Position numbers and translations under genes: made by a program
The notes under the pieces: model-generated
What the model was told of the DNA's origin: nothing
Seen by the model: the letters and a program-made list of their open reading frames with translations, nothing else
Database searches by the model: none
IMG/VR virus record: IMGVR_UViG_3300009183_008543
Location: 32,001-96,000 of that record
Length of the DNA stretch: 64,000 nucleotides
Source of the DNA: a virus
Reading direction: 5' to 3' (one strand)
Part shown: piece by piece, positions 9,428-21,100 of the stretch
How the letters are laid out: every line of letters starts with the position of its first letter
How positions within the stretch are numbered: position 1 is the first letter of the stretch

Positions 9428-9471
9428 AAATCCTCCTAATTTTTGCAAAATAACAAAAAATAGATATTTCA

Positions 9472-10203
9472 TCAAGATAATTGCGTCAATATATTCATAT
9501 ATTTTTTTATTTCTTCAAAACTCCAAGGAGTTCCAAATGGAATTCCATCTCTACGATTATCCACACCAACATCAAGTGTTTTGAGTTTTGGTTTACTGGC
9601 TCTAATAGTTTCTATCATCGTATCGAGTACTATTGGGTCTTTAATGAAAAAAGAAAAATTTTCTCTTATTTTATTTTCTTGATCTAAAGACATTCCATTG
9701 ATATCCTCTGCACAATAAGCTCCGTGTACATGTCCATATAGCATCCATGATCCGTACAATCTTTTGTTCCATGATCTGCATGGGTAATGATTCGTAAATA
9801 TTTGTTGCCCATTCACATTGAACATATATTGATCGGCACACTCAAAAAACTTTTCACAAACTTTTCTATCATCATGATTCCCAATAATAAGATGAACATT
9901 TTGACAATTAATTCTAGATCGCAAACTACCAACATATTTCTCTCTATCTTTGCTTCTAGAATAGCAAAAATCACCAATAATGATAAGTTTATCTCTTCTT
10001 CCAACAACAGCATTGATCGAATCAATAATCGCATCTGTCATCAATTGTGTAGATTCTTTAGAGATACTAATTTCAGACAAAGGTATTGATCCATTATCAA
10101 CCAATTCCATCAATCCAAGCTCTATTTGATTCATAAATGGTCTTTTAGAGTATTTGATAATATTTGAATGATTTAGATGCAAATCTGCGGTAAAAAACCA
10201 CAT
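9472..10203 (-). CDS. Calcineurin-like metallophosphoesterase
   Basis: FTADLHLNH, IGDF, GNHD, HYP, GHVH and DVGVD motifs. Confidence 0.9.
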   Translation of the reverse strand: MWFFTADLHLNHSNIIKYSKRPFMNQIELGLMELVDNGSIPLSEISISKESTQLMTDAIIDSINAVVGRRDKLIIIGDFCYSRSKDREKYVGSLRSRINCQNVHLIIGNHDDRKVCEKFFECADQYMFNVNGQQIFTNHYPCRSWNKRLYGSWMLYGHVHGAYCAEDINGMSLDQENKIRENFSFFIKDPIVLDTMIETIRASKPKLKTLDVGVDNRRDGIPFGTPWSFEEIKKYMNILTQLS

Positions 10204-10478
10204 TAGGTGATACTCCCATCAAAAAGACCTATAAATCTATATTTTTCAACGCCATTAACAAAATATATTGTTGTGGGATATAATTCGATTTTGTTATTGT
10301 AAGCGAGATCATGGTTTTCTTCCACATTTATCAATCCGCATTTAGCCTTAAGTCTTGCCTTTTTGAATAAATCAATTTGTAAAAAAGATGGTTTACCCCA
10401 TGGAACCCAAAATAAAACATACCATTCATTCTTTTTGATTAAATGAAAATTTTCATTTGTTATATTGACTAATTCCAT
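10203..10478 (-). CDS. Thioredoxin-fold protein lacking the CxxC motif
   Basis: ITNENF, FWVPWGKPS (in place of FWAPWCGPC), INVEENHDLA, YPTTIYFVNG. Confidence 0.75.
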   Translation of the reverse strand: MELVNITNENFHLIKKNEWYVLFWVPWGKPSFLQIDLFKKARLKAKCGLINVEENHDLAYNNKIELYPTTIYFVNGVEKYRFIGLFDGSIT

Positions 10479-11125
10479 AAAAAGCTAAATCCAAAATTAT
10501 TTATTATTTTTTTGCAGTCTGGAAGTATCAACTTATTCTTTATGACACTCAAATCCGCCCCTACAAACTCAGAATGCCATCCGTGTCTTATCAGCGTAGA
10601 GCTTCCATTCATAAAAACTTGGGGCAAAAACCCCTGATACTTAGTGAAACCAAACATAAATCTAATAATGGCATTTTTTGTTTCTTTTGCCAATCGACAT
10701 TCTGAATAATCTCCGAACAAACAATCTTCAAAATTTTGATTTTTTATATCGAAATTTAAACTACATCTAAGAAGCAATGTCAATAAAGATCTTTTCAACA
10801 CACAATCAAGCCAAAAATTTGATGGTGTCATCCAAATAATATTGATTTTATCTGTTCTTCTAAAATAAGAATATTGCATAGTTGTTCCAGACATGCAAAT
10901 TACTTCTTCAAATTTTGCTATAAAATTTGCAACATTTTCTGATTTAAAATCATGATGAGAGAAATAAAATCCAGACATATTTAATGACATTTTTCCTAAA
11001 AACTGTTCACGACAATGATCCCAAATAATAGGCTTAGGGCTTTCCTGATCACAAGCAAAGTAGCCAATTAGAGGGCAATTATAAATTAAATTAATCGTTT
11101 TTGATTCTAAAAATTTTGCTGGCAT
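10469..11125 (-). CDS. Hypothetical protein, paralog of 47918..48475
   Basis: Shares W-x-HCRE, PS-x-[FW]WL, RSL-x-T-x-LLR, NFE-x-x-L and GWH-x-x-F motifs with that protein. Probable start MPAKF. Confidence 0.7.
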   Translation of the reverse strand: MPAKFLESKTINLIYNCPLIGYFACDQESPKPIIWDHCREQFLGKMSLNMSGFYFSHHDFKSENVANFIAKFEEVICMSGTTMQYSYFRRTDKINIIWMTPSNFWLDCVLKRSLLTLLLRCSLNFDIKNQNFEDCLFGDYSECRLAKETKNAIIRFMFGFTKYQGFLPQVFMNGSSTLIRHGWHSEFVGADLSVIKNKLILPDCKKIINNFGFSFLWN

Positions 11126-11135
11126 ATTTACCAAA

Positions 11136-11798
11136 TTAATTGTTGAATTCCAACCGACAAGGTGATTTATCGGCAAATAATTTTCCAATCCATGCACTAT
11201 AGCTCTTAAGATATACAAGCATTGCATTGAACCATATCGAACACATCGATCTAGAATCCAAGCTAATATGATTTACTATTTCATTTATACTTTGAATTCT
11301 TTTTTCTAAGGAATTTTTCAAATTTAAACTTTCCCAAAGAAGTGATTTTATATTGTGTGGAACTTCTAAAAAATAAAGATCAAACATATAGACAAATGAT
11401 TCCCATAACATAAAACGAGCATCTTCTTTTGAATTTGCAAAAATCCAATTTGTATTAGACTTTTTAACTGCATAATACCAACTATAAATGAACTCCTCAT
11501 AATCATCATATTCAATCTTTTGACTTGATAAAGTTTTGAACAAAGTATTATGACTTACAAATTCATCATTCCTAATAGAATTCAATATTGGATATTGTAT
11601 TTTTTGAGGATATTTAAATTCAATGAAATAATTACCCGGACTTTTTGTTCTATTGTTCCAGCTAATGCTTATGTAAAGATAAGTATTTGATGTGGTAATA
11701 ACTGATGGTTTTGCTATAGCAAATGTATTATAACAATGATGAACAACAGATAGATTTTGAAGATTTTTTCGCTGTATATATTCTTCTAATATATTCAT
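11136..11798 (-). CDS. Hypothetical protein
   Basis: 220-aa ORF in a coupled gene run. Confidence 0.6.
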   Translation of the reverse strand: MNILEEYIQRKNLQNLSVVHHCYNTFAIAKPSVITTSNTYLYISISWNNRTKSPGNYFIEFKYPQKIQYPILNSIRNDEFVSHNTLFKTLSSQKIEYDDYEEFIYSWYYAVKKSNTNWIFANSKEDARFMLWESFVYMFDLYFLEVPHNIKSLLWESLNLKNSLEKRIQSINEIVNHISLDSRSMCSIWFNAMLVYLKSYSAWIGKLFADKSPCRLEFNN

Positions 11799-12487
11799 TT
11801 TTTACTTGGTGTTAATGCCTTGTCTAAAATTGGAAGATTAGGTTCAATAATATCAAGTTTGATTTCTGGCTTTGGTTCTGGTTTGATTTCTGCCTTAGTA
11901 TCTATTTTTTGACGAATTCCAACAAGTTCTTTTTGTACTTCTGAAATTAGATATTTAATTTCATTAAAACTATTTTTTTTATCTTTATTTGTTTCAAGTC
12001 TTTCAAAATAATCAATTGTCTTAATTTGTGAGTTTTTTATTTCTAGAGCCATAGCATTAAGCTCCTCAATCTTTTTAGATAAATCTTTTATTTTCCCATC
12101 AACTGCGGACATACTATTGCTATTTATCATCTTGATGTCATTGATTTGTTTTTTAATTGCAGAAAATGTTTCCAAAAAACTTGGATCATTATTTCCAGCC
12201 TTTGACTCCAATTGATATGAAATTAATTTTTCATCTTTATAATCATTGCACTTTTTATCACTATAGTCAAAATGCAAATCGCACAAGTTTCCTTGCTTTT
12301 CATAAATAAATATGATGGGAACTTTTTTGTTTAAAATTGGAATGGTTATCTTATCGCCATTTGGCAAAATAGATTCTGCATGCTTACATGACTTTATTTC
12401 TTCTTTATAATTTATCGTATATGTATAACTTTTAAGATTTTGATGCTCTGAAAAAATCATTCCGATAATAAGTGCATAATATATCAT
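11795..12487 (-). CDS. Hypothetical coiled-coil protein
   Basis: Hydrophobic N-terminus and heptad-rich central region. Confidence 0.6.
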   Translation of the reverse strand: MIYYALIIGMIFSEHQNLKSYTYTINYKEEIKSCKHAESILPNGDKITIPILNKKVPIIFIYEKQGNLCDLHFDYSDKKCNDYKDEKLISYQLESKAGNNDPSFLETFSAIKKQINDIKMINSNSMSAVDGKIKDLSKKIEELNAMALEIKNSQIKTIDYFERLETNKDKKNSFNEIKYLISEVQKELVGIRQKIDTKAEIKPEPKPEIKLDIIEPNLPILDKALTPSKK

Positions 12488-12705
12488 TTCAATTCCTCAA
12501 GAAATTTATTTTGAAAAGTAAAATCCTTCAGCCTAATCCAACATTTTGAATCCTCATCCCAAGTAATGGGATATTTTTTTGGTATGGATTCCAAAATATC
12601 AAATAAATGAGTTACATTACTAGCATGTTCTAACGATCTTTGAAAAATTAATGGATGTAATTTTGGATATCTTTTTCTCAATCCATCAACGATATTATTA
12701 TCCAT
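12484..12705 (-). CDS. Hypothetical protein
   Basis: Overlapping start and stop codons with both neighbours. Confidence 0.6.
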   Translation of the reverse strand: MDNNIVDGLRKRYPKLHPLIFQRSLEHASNVTHLFDILESIPKKYPITWDEDSKCWIRLKDFTFQNKFLEELK

Positions 12706-13000
12706 TCATTCTCTTTCCATTAAAGAAGTTTCTTGCACCATCTTTAGCTGTTTTCAAATTGTAAAATCTCCAAAAGGCACAAAAAATAACGCCACCTAAA
12801 ATTGACATAAAAAAGCCAGAAGGCTCATAAGGTGCTTTTCCAGAATTTATAACCCAATTTAAAAACCCACCAATCCACGATCCGCAAATTCCAATCAAAA
12901 TAGTTGGCAACAAACCAACTGGATCTGATCCGGGATGAATAATCTTTGCAATAAATCCAGTGATAAGCCCAAATATAGAAAAAATTATAATACTAAACAT
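12698..13000 (-). CDS. GlsB/YeaQ/YmgE family (transglycosylase-associated) membrane protein
   Basis: FGLITGFIAKIIHPG...TILIGICGSWIGGFL...GFFMSILGGVI. Confidence 0.85.
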   Translation of the reverse strand: MFSIIIFSIFGLITGFIAKIIHPGSDPVGLLPTILIGICGSWIGGFLNWVINSGKAPYEPSGFFMSILGGVIFCAFWRFYNLKTAKDGARNFFNGKRMNG

Positions 13001-13002
13001 TT

Positions 13003-13848
13003 TTACCTCTCTGCTTTCTTAATTGTTAAATAACTATCTGGTGTTACTCTTTCCTGTAAATCTTTCGACAAACCATTTACATATCTCACATATGTTTTCT
13101 GAAAATCATCCATAATTTTGAATCCCAAAACTTTTTCCGTAGCAACCTTCGATCCACTATGATGAGATGTTTTCAAAAAACTATGAAATCTTACTTCTCC
13201 GAATTCTTTACGCAACAATAAGCACAAAGCTGCAGATTGCGAAGAAAATACTTTTTGTCTATCTAAACTCAATTTCAAAAATTGATCTTCTTGTAAATTC
13301 AAGATACTCTCTAAATCAAACAACTTACTACTAGATAAAGAAGATAAATCAACTTTAATGTCTGATGTCAGACCATTCAATTGACACATACCTTTGATAG
13401 ACCAAATCGGAAACTTAAAATTGTTTACTTGTTCAAATTCTGCAAAAATAATTTGACTTAAATTAATTGGTAAAATTTTTGCAGGTTTATCGTCTAAAGC
13501 CAACCACATAGCCGTAATTTCAATTGATCCATCTTTTCTTCTAATCTCAACTTTTGAATCATTTAAATTAAACAACTTATTTAACATCGCAGAATCTGGA
13601 ACGCAAAAAATTCTACATTCTTTAGAAAATTTAACATCTGGCAAACCCCATCTTGTTAAGCACCAAACTTTGATGTCATCAAGATTGTTTTTCATCCATA
13701 GCCCATGATCGTCATCAATGCTTAGAATGGTGAAATTACTTGTGACATATCGATGCCACGCCAAATCTTTCAACAATTGATCATCTTGTGCAATAACAGA
13801 TGTATTGAAAAAAAACAACATAAACATTAAAACAAAAGTTTTTCTCAT
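13003..13848 (-). CDS. Secreted peptidase MA-like protein without HEXXH
   Basis: Signal peptide, YVTSNFTI, FPIWSIKG (P-x-W-x-x-EG position), FSSQSAAL (FYAQS position). The HEXXH position reads PINLSQ. Confidence 0.55.
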   Translation of the reverse strand: MRKTFVLMFMLFFFNTSVIAQDDQLLKDLAWHRYVTSNFTILSIDDDHGLWMKNNLDDIKVWCLTRWGLPDVKFSKECRIFCVPDSAMLNKLFNLNDSKVEIRRKDGSIEITAMWLALDDKPAKILPINLSQIIFAEFEQVNNFKFPIWSIKGMCQLNGLTSDIKVDLSSLSSSKLFDLESILNLQEDQFLKLSLDRQKVFSSQSAALCLLLRKEFGEVRFHSFLKTSHHSGSKVATEKVLGFKIMDDFQKTYVRYVNGLSKDLQERVTPDSYLTIKKAER

Positions 13849-13860
13849 AATAATTTATCC

Positions 13861-14847
13861 TCAATCAATTTTGTATATCCTATCTAATAGAGTTTTTGCT
13901 TCTTTTTTAGCATTGATTTGTTTAAAATAATGATTTGAAGAAGAAGAATTTTGATTTTTTATGATTCTTTTTAATAGCCATTTTCTTAAATTGAAAAAAT
14001 TATTATCGTATATATCAAAGGATCTTTGCCTGTATAAGCCAAAAAATGATAACATATCTGTTACTGAGTATCTTCTTTTTGATAAATTATTTAATGGAAA
14101 TATTTTTTTATTTTTAACATAATCAACAAAGTTTACAAATAATATAATCCAACACTTAGCATCTTTTCCACAAACAGTTCCTTCTGGACATCTAAATTCA
14201 ACCGTATTACGAATGTCTGTTTTGTTGTGTAAAGAATTATAAAAGTTGACAATATTTAAAGTTGATCTTTTAGCATTTGTTGCCGACAAAACATCCTCGC
14301 TTGGCTTGAAAAACTTGGCAATGTTGACGGCATCCAATGATGAATAAAGATGTGATATTACCCAATGTTTTATACTAGGATTTAAAAATTTACAATATTT
14401 ATTTTCCCATCTTGAAAAAGGCAAAGCATAAATTAAAACTTGTTCTATTGCCATCCAATACAAAAGAAGTCTGCCTATATCGTCTTCATCAAAGTCACTA
14501 ACATCAACATGAACATGAAGTCCACAAAATTTATTGACTTCGGCTTTATTTTGTTTCACCTTGTTTATAACATGAGAAACATGATTCACATCTTTTAATC
14601 CAGAACAAATATAACTTGCTATTTCGATTCCTAATGGACCTCCAGATCCACGAGGACCACAACTGGCATCATTTTTCACATGCCAATAATTATTTCTATA
14701 TGAAAGCGAATAACGAGTCGTTATTGCTTTTCTGTAAGAATTCTGCTCTATAATTTTCTTTATGTCTTTTTTAGATAAATTGTTCGACAACTCGAATTCA
14801 ACTCCGAATTTACGATTAGAATTAAATTTTTTATATTTTATTTTCAT
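13861..14847 (-). CDS. Putative amidoligase (COOH-NH2 ligase type 2)
   Basis: RKFGVEFE, WHVKNDAS, EIAS, CGLHVHVD and TVEFR motifs. Confidence 0.85.
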   Translation of the reverse strand: MKIKYKKFNSNRKFGVEFELSNNLSKKDIKKIIEQNSYRKAITTRYSLSYRNNYWHVKNDASCGPRGSGGPLGIEIASYICSGLKDVNHVSHVINKVKQNKAEVNKFCGLHVHVDVSDFDEDDIGRLLLYWMAIEQVLIYALPFSRWENKYCKFLNPSIKHWVISHLYSSLDAVNIAKFFKPSEDVLSATNAKRSTLNIVNFYNSLHNKTDIRNTVEFRCPEGTVCGKDAKCWIILFVNFVDYVKNKKIFPLNNLSKRRYSVTDMLSFFGLYRQRSFDIYDNNFFNLRKWLLKRIIKNQNSSSSNHYFKQINAKKEAKTLLDRIYKID

Positions 14848-14856
14848 TTATTTAAC

Positions 14857-15120
14857 TTAAACTAAGCCCCTATCATCTCGGCTTCTCCTTTGAACTTCAT
14901 CAAGCTCTTCTTCAAATTTTTGATCCCAAGACTTACCTCGATTACTTGTCGTGGCAGTCTTTTTTAATGTTCCAAAGTTTTCAAGAACATCAACAATGTC
15001 TGATATAAATTCTTTTTGTTCGTCACGAATCCTTACCAAGAAAGCACTTATAAAAAACAAAACTACTAAGTTTATTATAAGTAACAATATGATTACTATG
15101 CCAATAATTAAATCGTACAT
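14857..15120 (-). CDS. Single-pass membrane protein
   Basis: Long N-terminal hydrophobic helix and charged tail. Confidence 0.65.
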   Translation of the reverse strand: MYDLIIGIVIILLLIINLVVLFFISAFLVRIRDEQKEFISDIVDVLENFGTLKKTATTSNRGKSWDQKFEEELDEVQRRSRDDRGLV

Positions 15121-15123
15121 TTA

Positions 15124-18100
15124 TCACACATAAAATTGGGATTGTGGTTCGGGTCGAAGAGACGATATATCAATAATATTCGTGTCGAGACTAATATTTC
15201 TATCAAGTATTCTGCAAACAAAGTCATTGGCATCCCAATAAGTTCCCTTAAATATATTTAACTCATCATAATAACTGAATGTGTCTACATTAATTTTAAG
15301 ATCATTTGTAACATACTCTGGTCTAAAGTGAAAGTCAAATGTAAAATCTATTCCAAAACTTGTAAATTTATTGCATAAATCTTCTGATGGAAATAAAACA
15401 AAAAGTCTAGCATCTGTATTACTTCCTGTTTGCAAATTGATTCTTTTTGCATAAAGACCAAATTTCCACATAGATGATGATAAAACATCTTCTCCGTATT
15501 GAGATATACAAGACCAGTCAAAATTAATATGCCAAAGTTCCTGAGCATTAGAATTATCACTTCCTATGCCACGAAGATGCAATGAATATTGCCAACTATT
15601 TGTAATAGTATTATAAAACAACTGTAAAGATTCTGGTATCTTAAGATTATTTCGTAATAAAAAGTCTTGCAATATATTTGCACTGCCTAGATTGGTTCTC
15701 ATGTACAATGTTTCTGGTATCGCATCACAATTGCCACATGTGGTTGTTATGTTTTGCGTAATAGCAGCCAAATCTGTCACAAAATCTTCAGCATAAGCAA
15801 TTTCTAAAAAATCAATCTCAGTAATAACCCCCATGGATATATCATCGACATTTAATGGCGAATCATAAGTTCCAGACAAATAAATTGATCCACTACCATC
15901 AAATGCATAACCCGGAACAACATATTCCGAGTCTCCTCCCAAAGATATTGGCGATAATAAAGATGTATACCAAAAATCTCCAGCTATAGAATCTCTTGTA
16001 GATGCTGCATCTCCCAAAGTAATAGGAACCGAATCATCTACTGGAATTTCAAAAGATGCAATTCCAATGTCAATTGAACCATCCAAAATTATGGTTCCAC
16101 TTCCCTCATAAGATTGATATGGAGAAATTGCTTTCGCTGAACCACCAATTGAAACTGTACCCAAAGATTCAAATATGTAAATATTTCTTGAATATATAGA
16201 ATTTCCATAAACATACATTAATCCATCTACATATGGTTTAATCGGATAATCAGCACTTCCGTAAACCACAACTCCTGCATAAGATGGATATATATATCCT
16301 AATCCAGTAGACGCAAAACTCAATTTAAATTCGACCAATGACTCATTTGAAGTTGTAATACCACCAGAAGTATTATACTTATAATAAGGACTTACTGGTA
16401 TGGATTCGCCTTCTAAGGTTATAGATCCTGATGATTCGTAGTTGTAGTTTGATAGTGATATCAAAGCAGAATCATCTATATAAACATTTCCATCTCCCAC
16501 ATAAATATAAAATGCACATAAAACTTCAGAAGATCCAGAGGTTGAAATATTTCCGCTAGAAATATATTTTCTTTCTAAATTTGCTTGAGAATTTATTGTT
16601 ATTCCGCCAGATGCCTCGTAATACGACAATTCAATAATTCCAGTTTTTATGCCCATAGAAACTACTGTTGTTGCAACAATAGTGAATGGTATGCATTCTG
16701 GTATTTTTGAAAATGGAACTGAGACGAATTCATTGCTTGAAGGTACTGGCAGTCCATTTATTGCAATTCCTGTTGAACCTATGGCGACAAAAGAATTAAC
16801 AGGATGAATTGATCTTTGAATGTCTGCTATTGGCCAAGTCCAATTGACATCAGTTAAAAACTGGCAAACTTCTCCTAAATCTCTAGCAACAATCTCTTGA
16901 AACATTCTGTTCAAACCATTTGGTATTGCACAAAATGGAATATTATCACAATTGTAGTACTCAACACCAACAACCCTAAATGTTCTTAGTGGTAATTCTC
17001 CAACATTAAAATTAAATGTTTGACTAAATTCAAATTGTTTATAAATATCAAAATTAAAATCAAAATTAAAAAAAACAGAAACGGTTGGATTAGTATAAGC
17101 CACATAACTTAAAGATATCTTCCCATTTCCAACAAAATTAATACTTGAATTACAAATAGCATTTCCAGATATTAAAATTTCTCCAGAACCAACAAGTGGT
17201 ATTAGTGTGGTGAGAGAAATTTCTTCGCCAATAGACTCTGGAGATCCGTGAGAAATTGGTCTAAAATAATATTTTACTCCTGAAATCAAATTGGAAATAG
17301 TCACTCTATGTTCAAAAACCAAATTGCTATCTTCTACTGTCGAATATGCATATCCATAAGTAGGACTTTCACCTAAACCTGAGCGAGAAACAGTATCGTA
17401 AACAACACGACTAGTCGAAGGAGTATTCGTAATCCAAGATATTGTTATCAAAGTAGTCGTTGAAGTAGCTTTTGAAATAGCTGAGACTGCACTTATTACT
17501 GGAGGCTCTTTTGGACTTATGGAGCTTTCATAGCTCAGAATAACTCCTCCATCAGCAATGACGCTAAGATTTAAATTAACAATAGCTGTTCCAAATATTA
17601 TAATATTTTCAGAATCAGAAATAAAAGTCAAAGCATATTCGAATAAACTATTTGCGTCATTTGTGCCACTTGGAGTTGTAACCAACACACTTGCAGAACC
17701 AAGAACATTAGAATCTGTGATCGCAATGATAGTATTCGAGTCCACGACTGTAAATTCGATAACAGCAATGCCACCAATTGTGACTTCTGTAGTTCCCGTA
17801 AAATTTTCTCCAGTAATCGTAATCGAAGTTCCGCCAGATATAGAGCCATTAGACGGATAAACGCTGGTTACTGTAGGTGGCACTTCAATGTATTCGAATA
17901 AGCTATTTGCGTCATTTGTACCACTTGGCGTTGCGACCAACACACTTGAAGAACCAAGAACATTGGCACCTGTGATAGCAGTGATAGTAGTCGAATCCAC
18001 GACTGTAAACTCGGTAACAGCAATGCCACCAATTGTAACTTCTGTAGTTCCAGTAAAATTTTCTCCAGTAATTTCAATTGAAGTTCCACCCAATGTTGAT

Positions 18101-21100
18101 CCGCCAGAGGGAGAAACGCTGACTACTGTAGGTGGCACTTCAACATATTCGAACAAACTATTTGCATCATTTGTACCACTTGGCACTATAACTAACACGC
18201 TAGAAGTTCCAGCAACATTAACATCTGTGGTTGCAGTGATGGTGGTCGGATTAACTACTGTGAACTCAGTAACAGCAATGCCACCAATTGTAACTTCTGT
18301 AGTTCCCGTAAAATTTTCACCAGTAATCGTAATGAAAGTTCCGCCCAATGTTGATCCACTAGATGGAGAGACGCTGGCTACTGTGGGAGCATTTTCAATG
18401 TATTCGAACAAAATATTTGCGTCATTTGTACCACCTAGCGTTGTAACTAACACACTTGCGGGACCAGCAATATTAACATCTGTGGTTGCAGTTATAGTGG
18501 TCGAGTCAACAACTGTAAACTCAATAACGGCAACACCGCCAATTGTAACTGATATCACATCAGCAAAATAAGTTCCAGTAATCGTAATTAAAGCACCACC
18601 TGATGTAAATCCACTAGATGGAGAAACGCTTGCTACTGTTGGAGAAGTTTCAATATATTCGAAAAAACTATTCGCATCATTTGTGCCACTTGGCGTTGTA
18701 ACCAACACACTTGAAGAACCAGCGACATTGGCATCTGTGGTTGCAGTTATAGTGGTTGAGTCAACGACTGTAAACTCAATAACGGCAACGCCACCAATTG
18801 TAACTGATATCACATCAGCAAAATAAGTTCCAGTAATCGTAATCGAAGTTCCGCCTAATATAGAACCACTAGACGGAGACACGCTCGACACTGTCGGAGT
18901 AGTTTCGACATATTCGAACAAACTATTTGCTTCATTTGTGCCACTTGGAGTTGTGACCAACACACTTGCGGAACCAACAACATTGGCACTTGTGGTCGCA
19001 ACAATGGCTGTAGAATTCACGACTGTAAATTCGGCAACAGCAACGCCACCAATTGTGACTTCTGTCGCATCAGTAAAATAAGTTCCAATAATTGCAATCG
19101 AAGTTCCGCCTAATGTTGATCCACTAGACGGAGACACGCTTGACACTGTCGGAGTAGTAACAACATATTCGAACAAACTATTTGCTTCATTTGTGCCACT
19201 TGGAGTTGTGACCAACACACTTGCGGAACCAGCAACATTGACATCTGTGGTAGCAGTAATGGTGGTCGAGTCAACAACTGTAAATTCAGTGACGGCAACG
19301 CCACCAATTGTGACTGCTGTCGCATCGGTAAAATAAGTTCCAGTAATCGTAATAGAAGTTCCACCCAATGTCGATCCACTAGAAGGAGACACGCTTGAAA
19401 CTACGGGCAGTACTAAAACATATTCGAACAAGCTATTTGCATCATTTGTACCGCTTGGAGTTGTGACCAACACACTTGCGGAACCAGCAACATTGACATC
19501 TGTGGTTGCAGTTATAGTAGTCGAGTCAACAACTGTAAATTCAGTGACGGCAACGCCACCAATTGTAACTGCTGTCGCATCGGTAAAATAAGTTCCAGTA
19601 ATCGTAATCGAAGTTCCACCTAATGTCGATCCACTAGACGGAGACACACTTGCTATTTCTGAAATAGGTAATGTATAAAGGAAAATAGTTGTTTCGTCAT
19701 TTGTACCGCTTGGAGTTGTGACCAACACACTTGCGGAACCAGCAACATTGGCATCTGTGGTTGCAGTTATAGTAGTCGAGTCAACAACTGTAAATTCAGT
19801 GACGGCAACGCCACCAATTGTGACTGCTGTCGCATCGGTAAAATAAGTTCCAGTAATCGTAATTGAAGTTCCGCCTAATGTTGATCCACTAGACGGAGAA
19901 ACGCTTGATACTGTAGGAGCAGTTTCGATATATTCGAACAAACTATTTGCATCATTTGTACCGCTTGGAGTTGTGACCAACACACTTGCGGAACCAACAA
20001 CATTGACATCTGTGGTTGCAGTTATAGTGTTCGAGTCAACGACTGTAAATTCAGTGACTGCAATACCACCAATTGTAACTTCTGTAGTTCCCGTGAAATT
20101 TTCTCCAGTAATCGTAATCGAAGTTCCTCCCAATGTCGATCCACTAGAAGGAGAGACGCTTGATACTGTAGGAGAAGTTTCAATATATTCGAACAAGCTA
20201 TTTGCGTCATTTGTACCGCTTGGAGTTGTGACCAACACACTTGCGGAACCAACAACATTAGCATCTGTGGTTGCGTTAATGGTAGTCGAGTTCACGACTG
20301 TAAATTCAGTAACCGCAATACCACCAATTGTAACTTCTGTAGTTCCCGTGAAATTAGTTCCAGTAATCGTAATAAAAGTTCCGCCTAATGTAGATCCTCT
20401 ATATGGAGAAACACTGGCTACTGTAGGTGGAACAACAGAATAGGTAAACAAACTATTTGCACTATTTGTGCCACTTGGAGTTGTGATCAACACACTTACA
20501 ATTCCAGCAGATCTAGCAGATATGATTGCTGTTATGGTGGTTGAGTTTACGACAGTAAAAATAGAAACTGGAGAGCCACCGATTGTAACTGCTGTTGCTC
20601 CAGTGAAATTTGCTCCAGTAATCGTAATGGAAGTTCCGCCCAATGTTGATCCGCTAGAAGGAGAGACGCTTGATACTGTGGGAGCAGGAGCCACATAAGT
20701 GAACCAGTGATTTATGTTTCCATCACTTGTTCCTCCTCCAGTTGTAACCAACACACTTGCAAGACCAGCAACATTTGCCGGGGTAATTGCGGTAATAAAG
20801 GTTGGACCAATAACGGTAAGTCCTATTCTGCAAAAAGATGTCAGAAAGTTCTTGCTTGGACCTATTTGCCCTCTGGCTAAAAAAGAAAAAGAAATTAAAT
20901 CGTTGACATTCACCATTAAAGAGTCAGAAGCTTGTACATTGGCAGAAGCGCCGACATATACTCCGTTGACTTGAACCGAAGCTAAAATGGCGTTAGTATG
21001 ATCCCCATATGGCCAAGATATGCTGATATATAAATGTCCAGCCTTGACAACTTTTAGCGTTGCCCTTAATGATACTGGACTAGAGGTTGGGTAATCAGTT

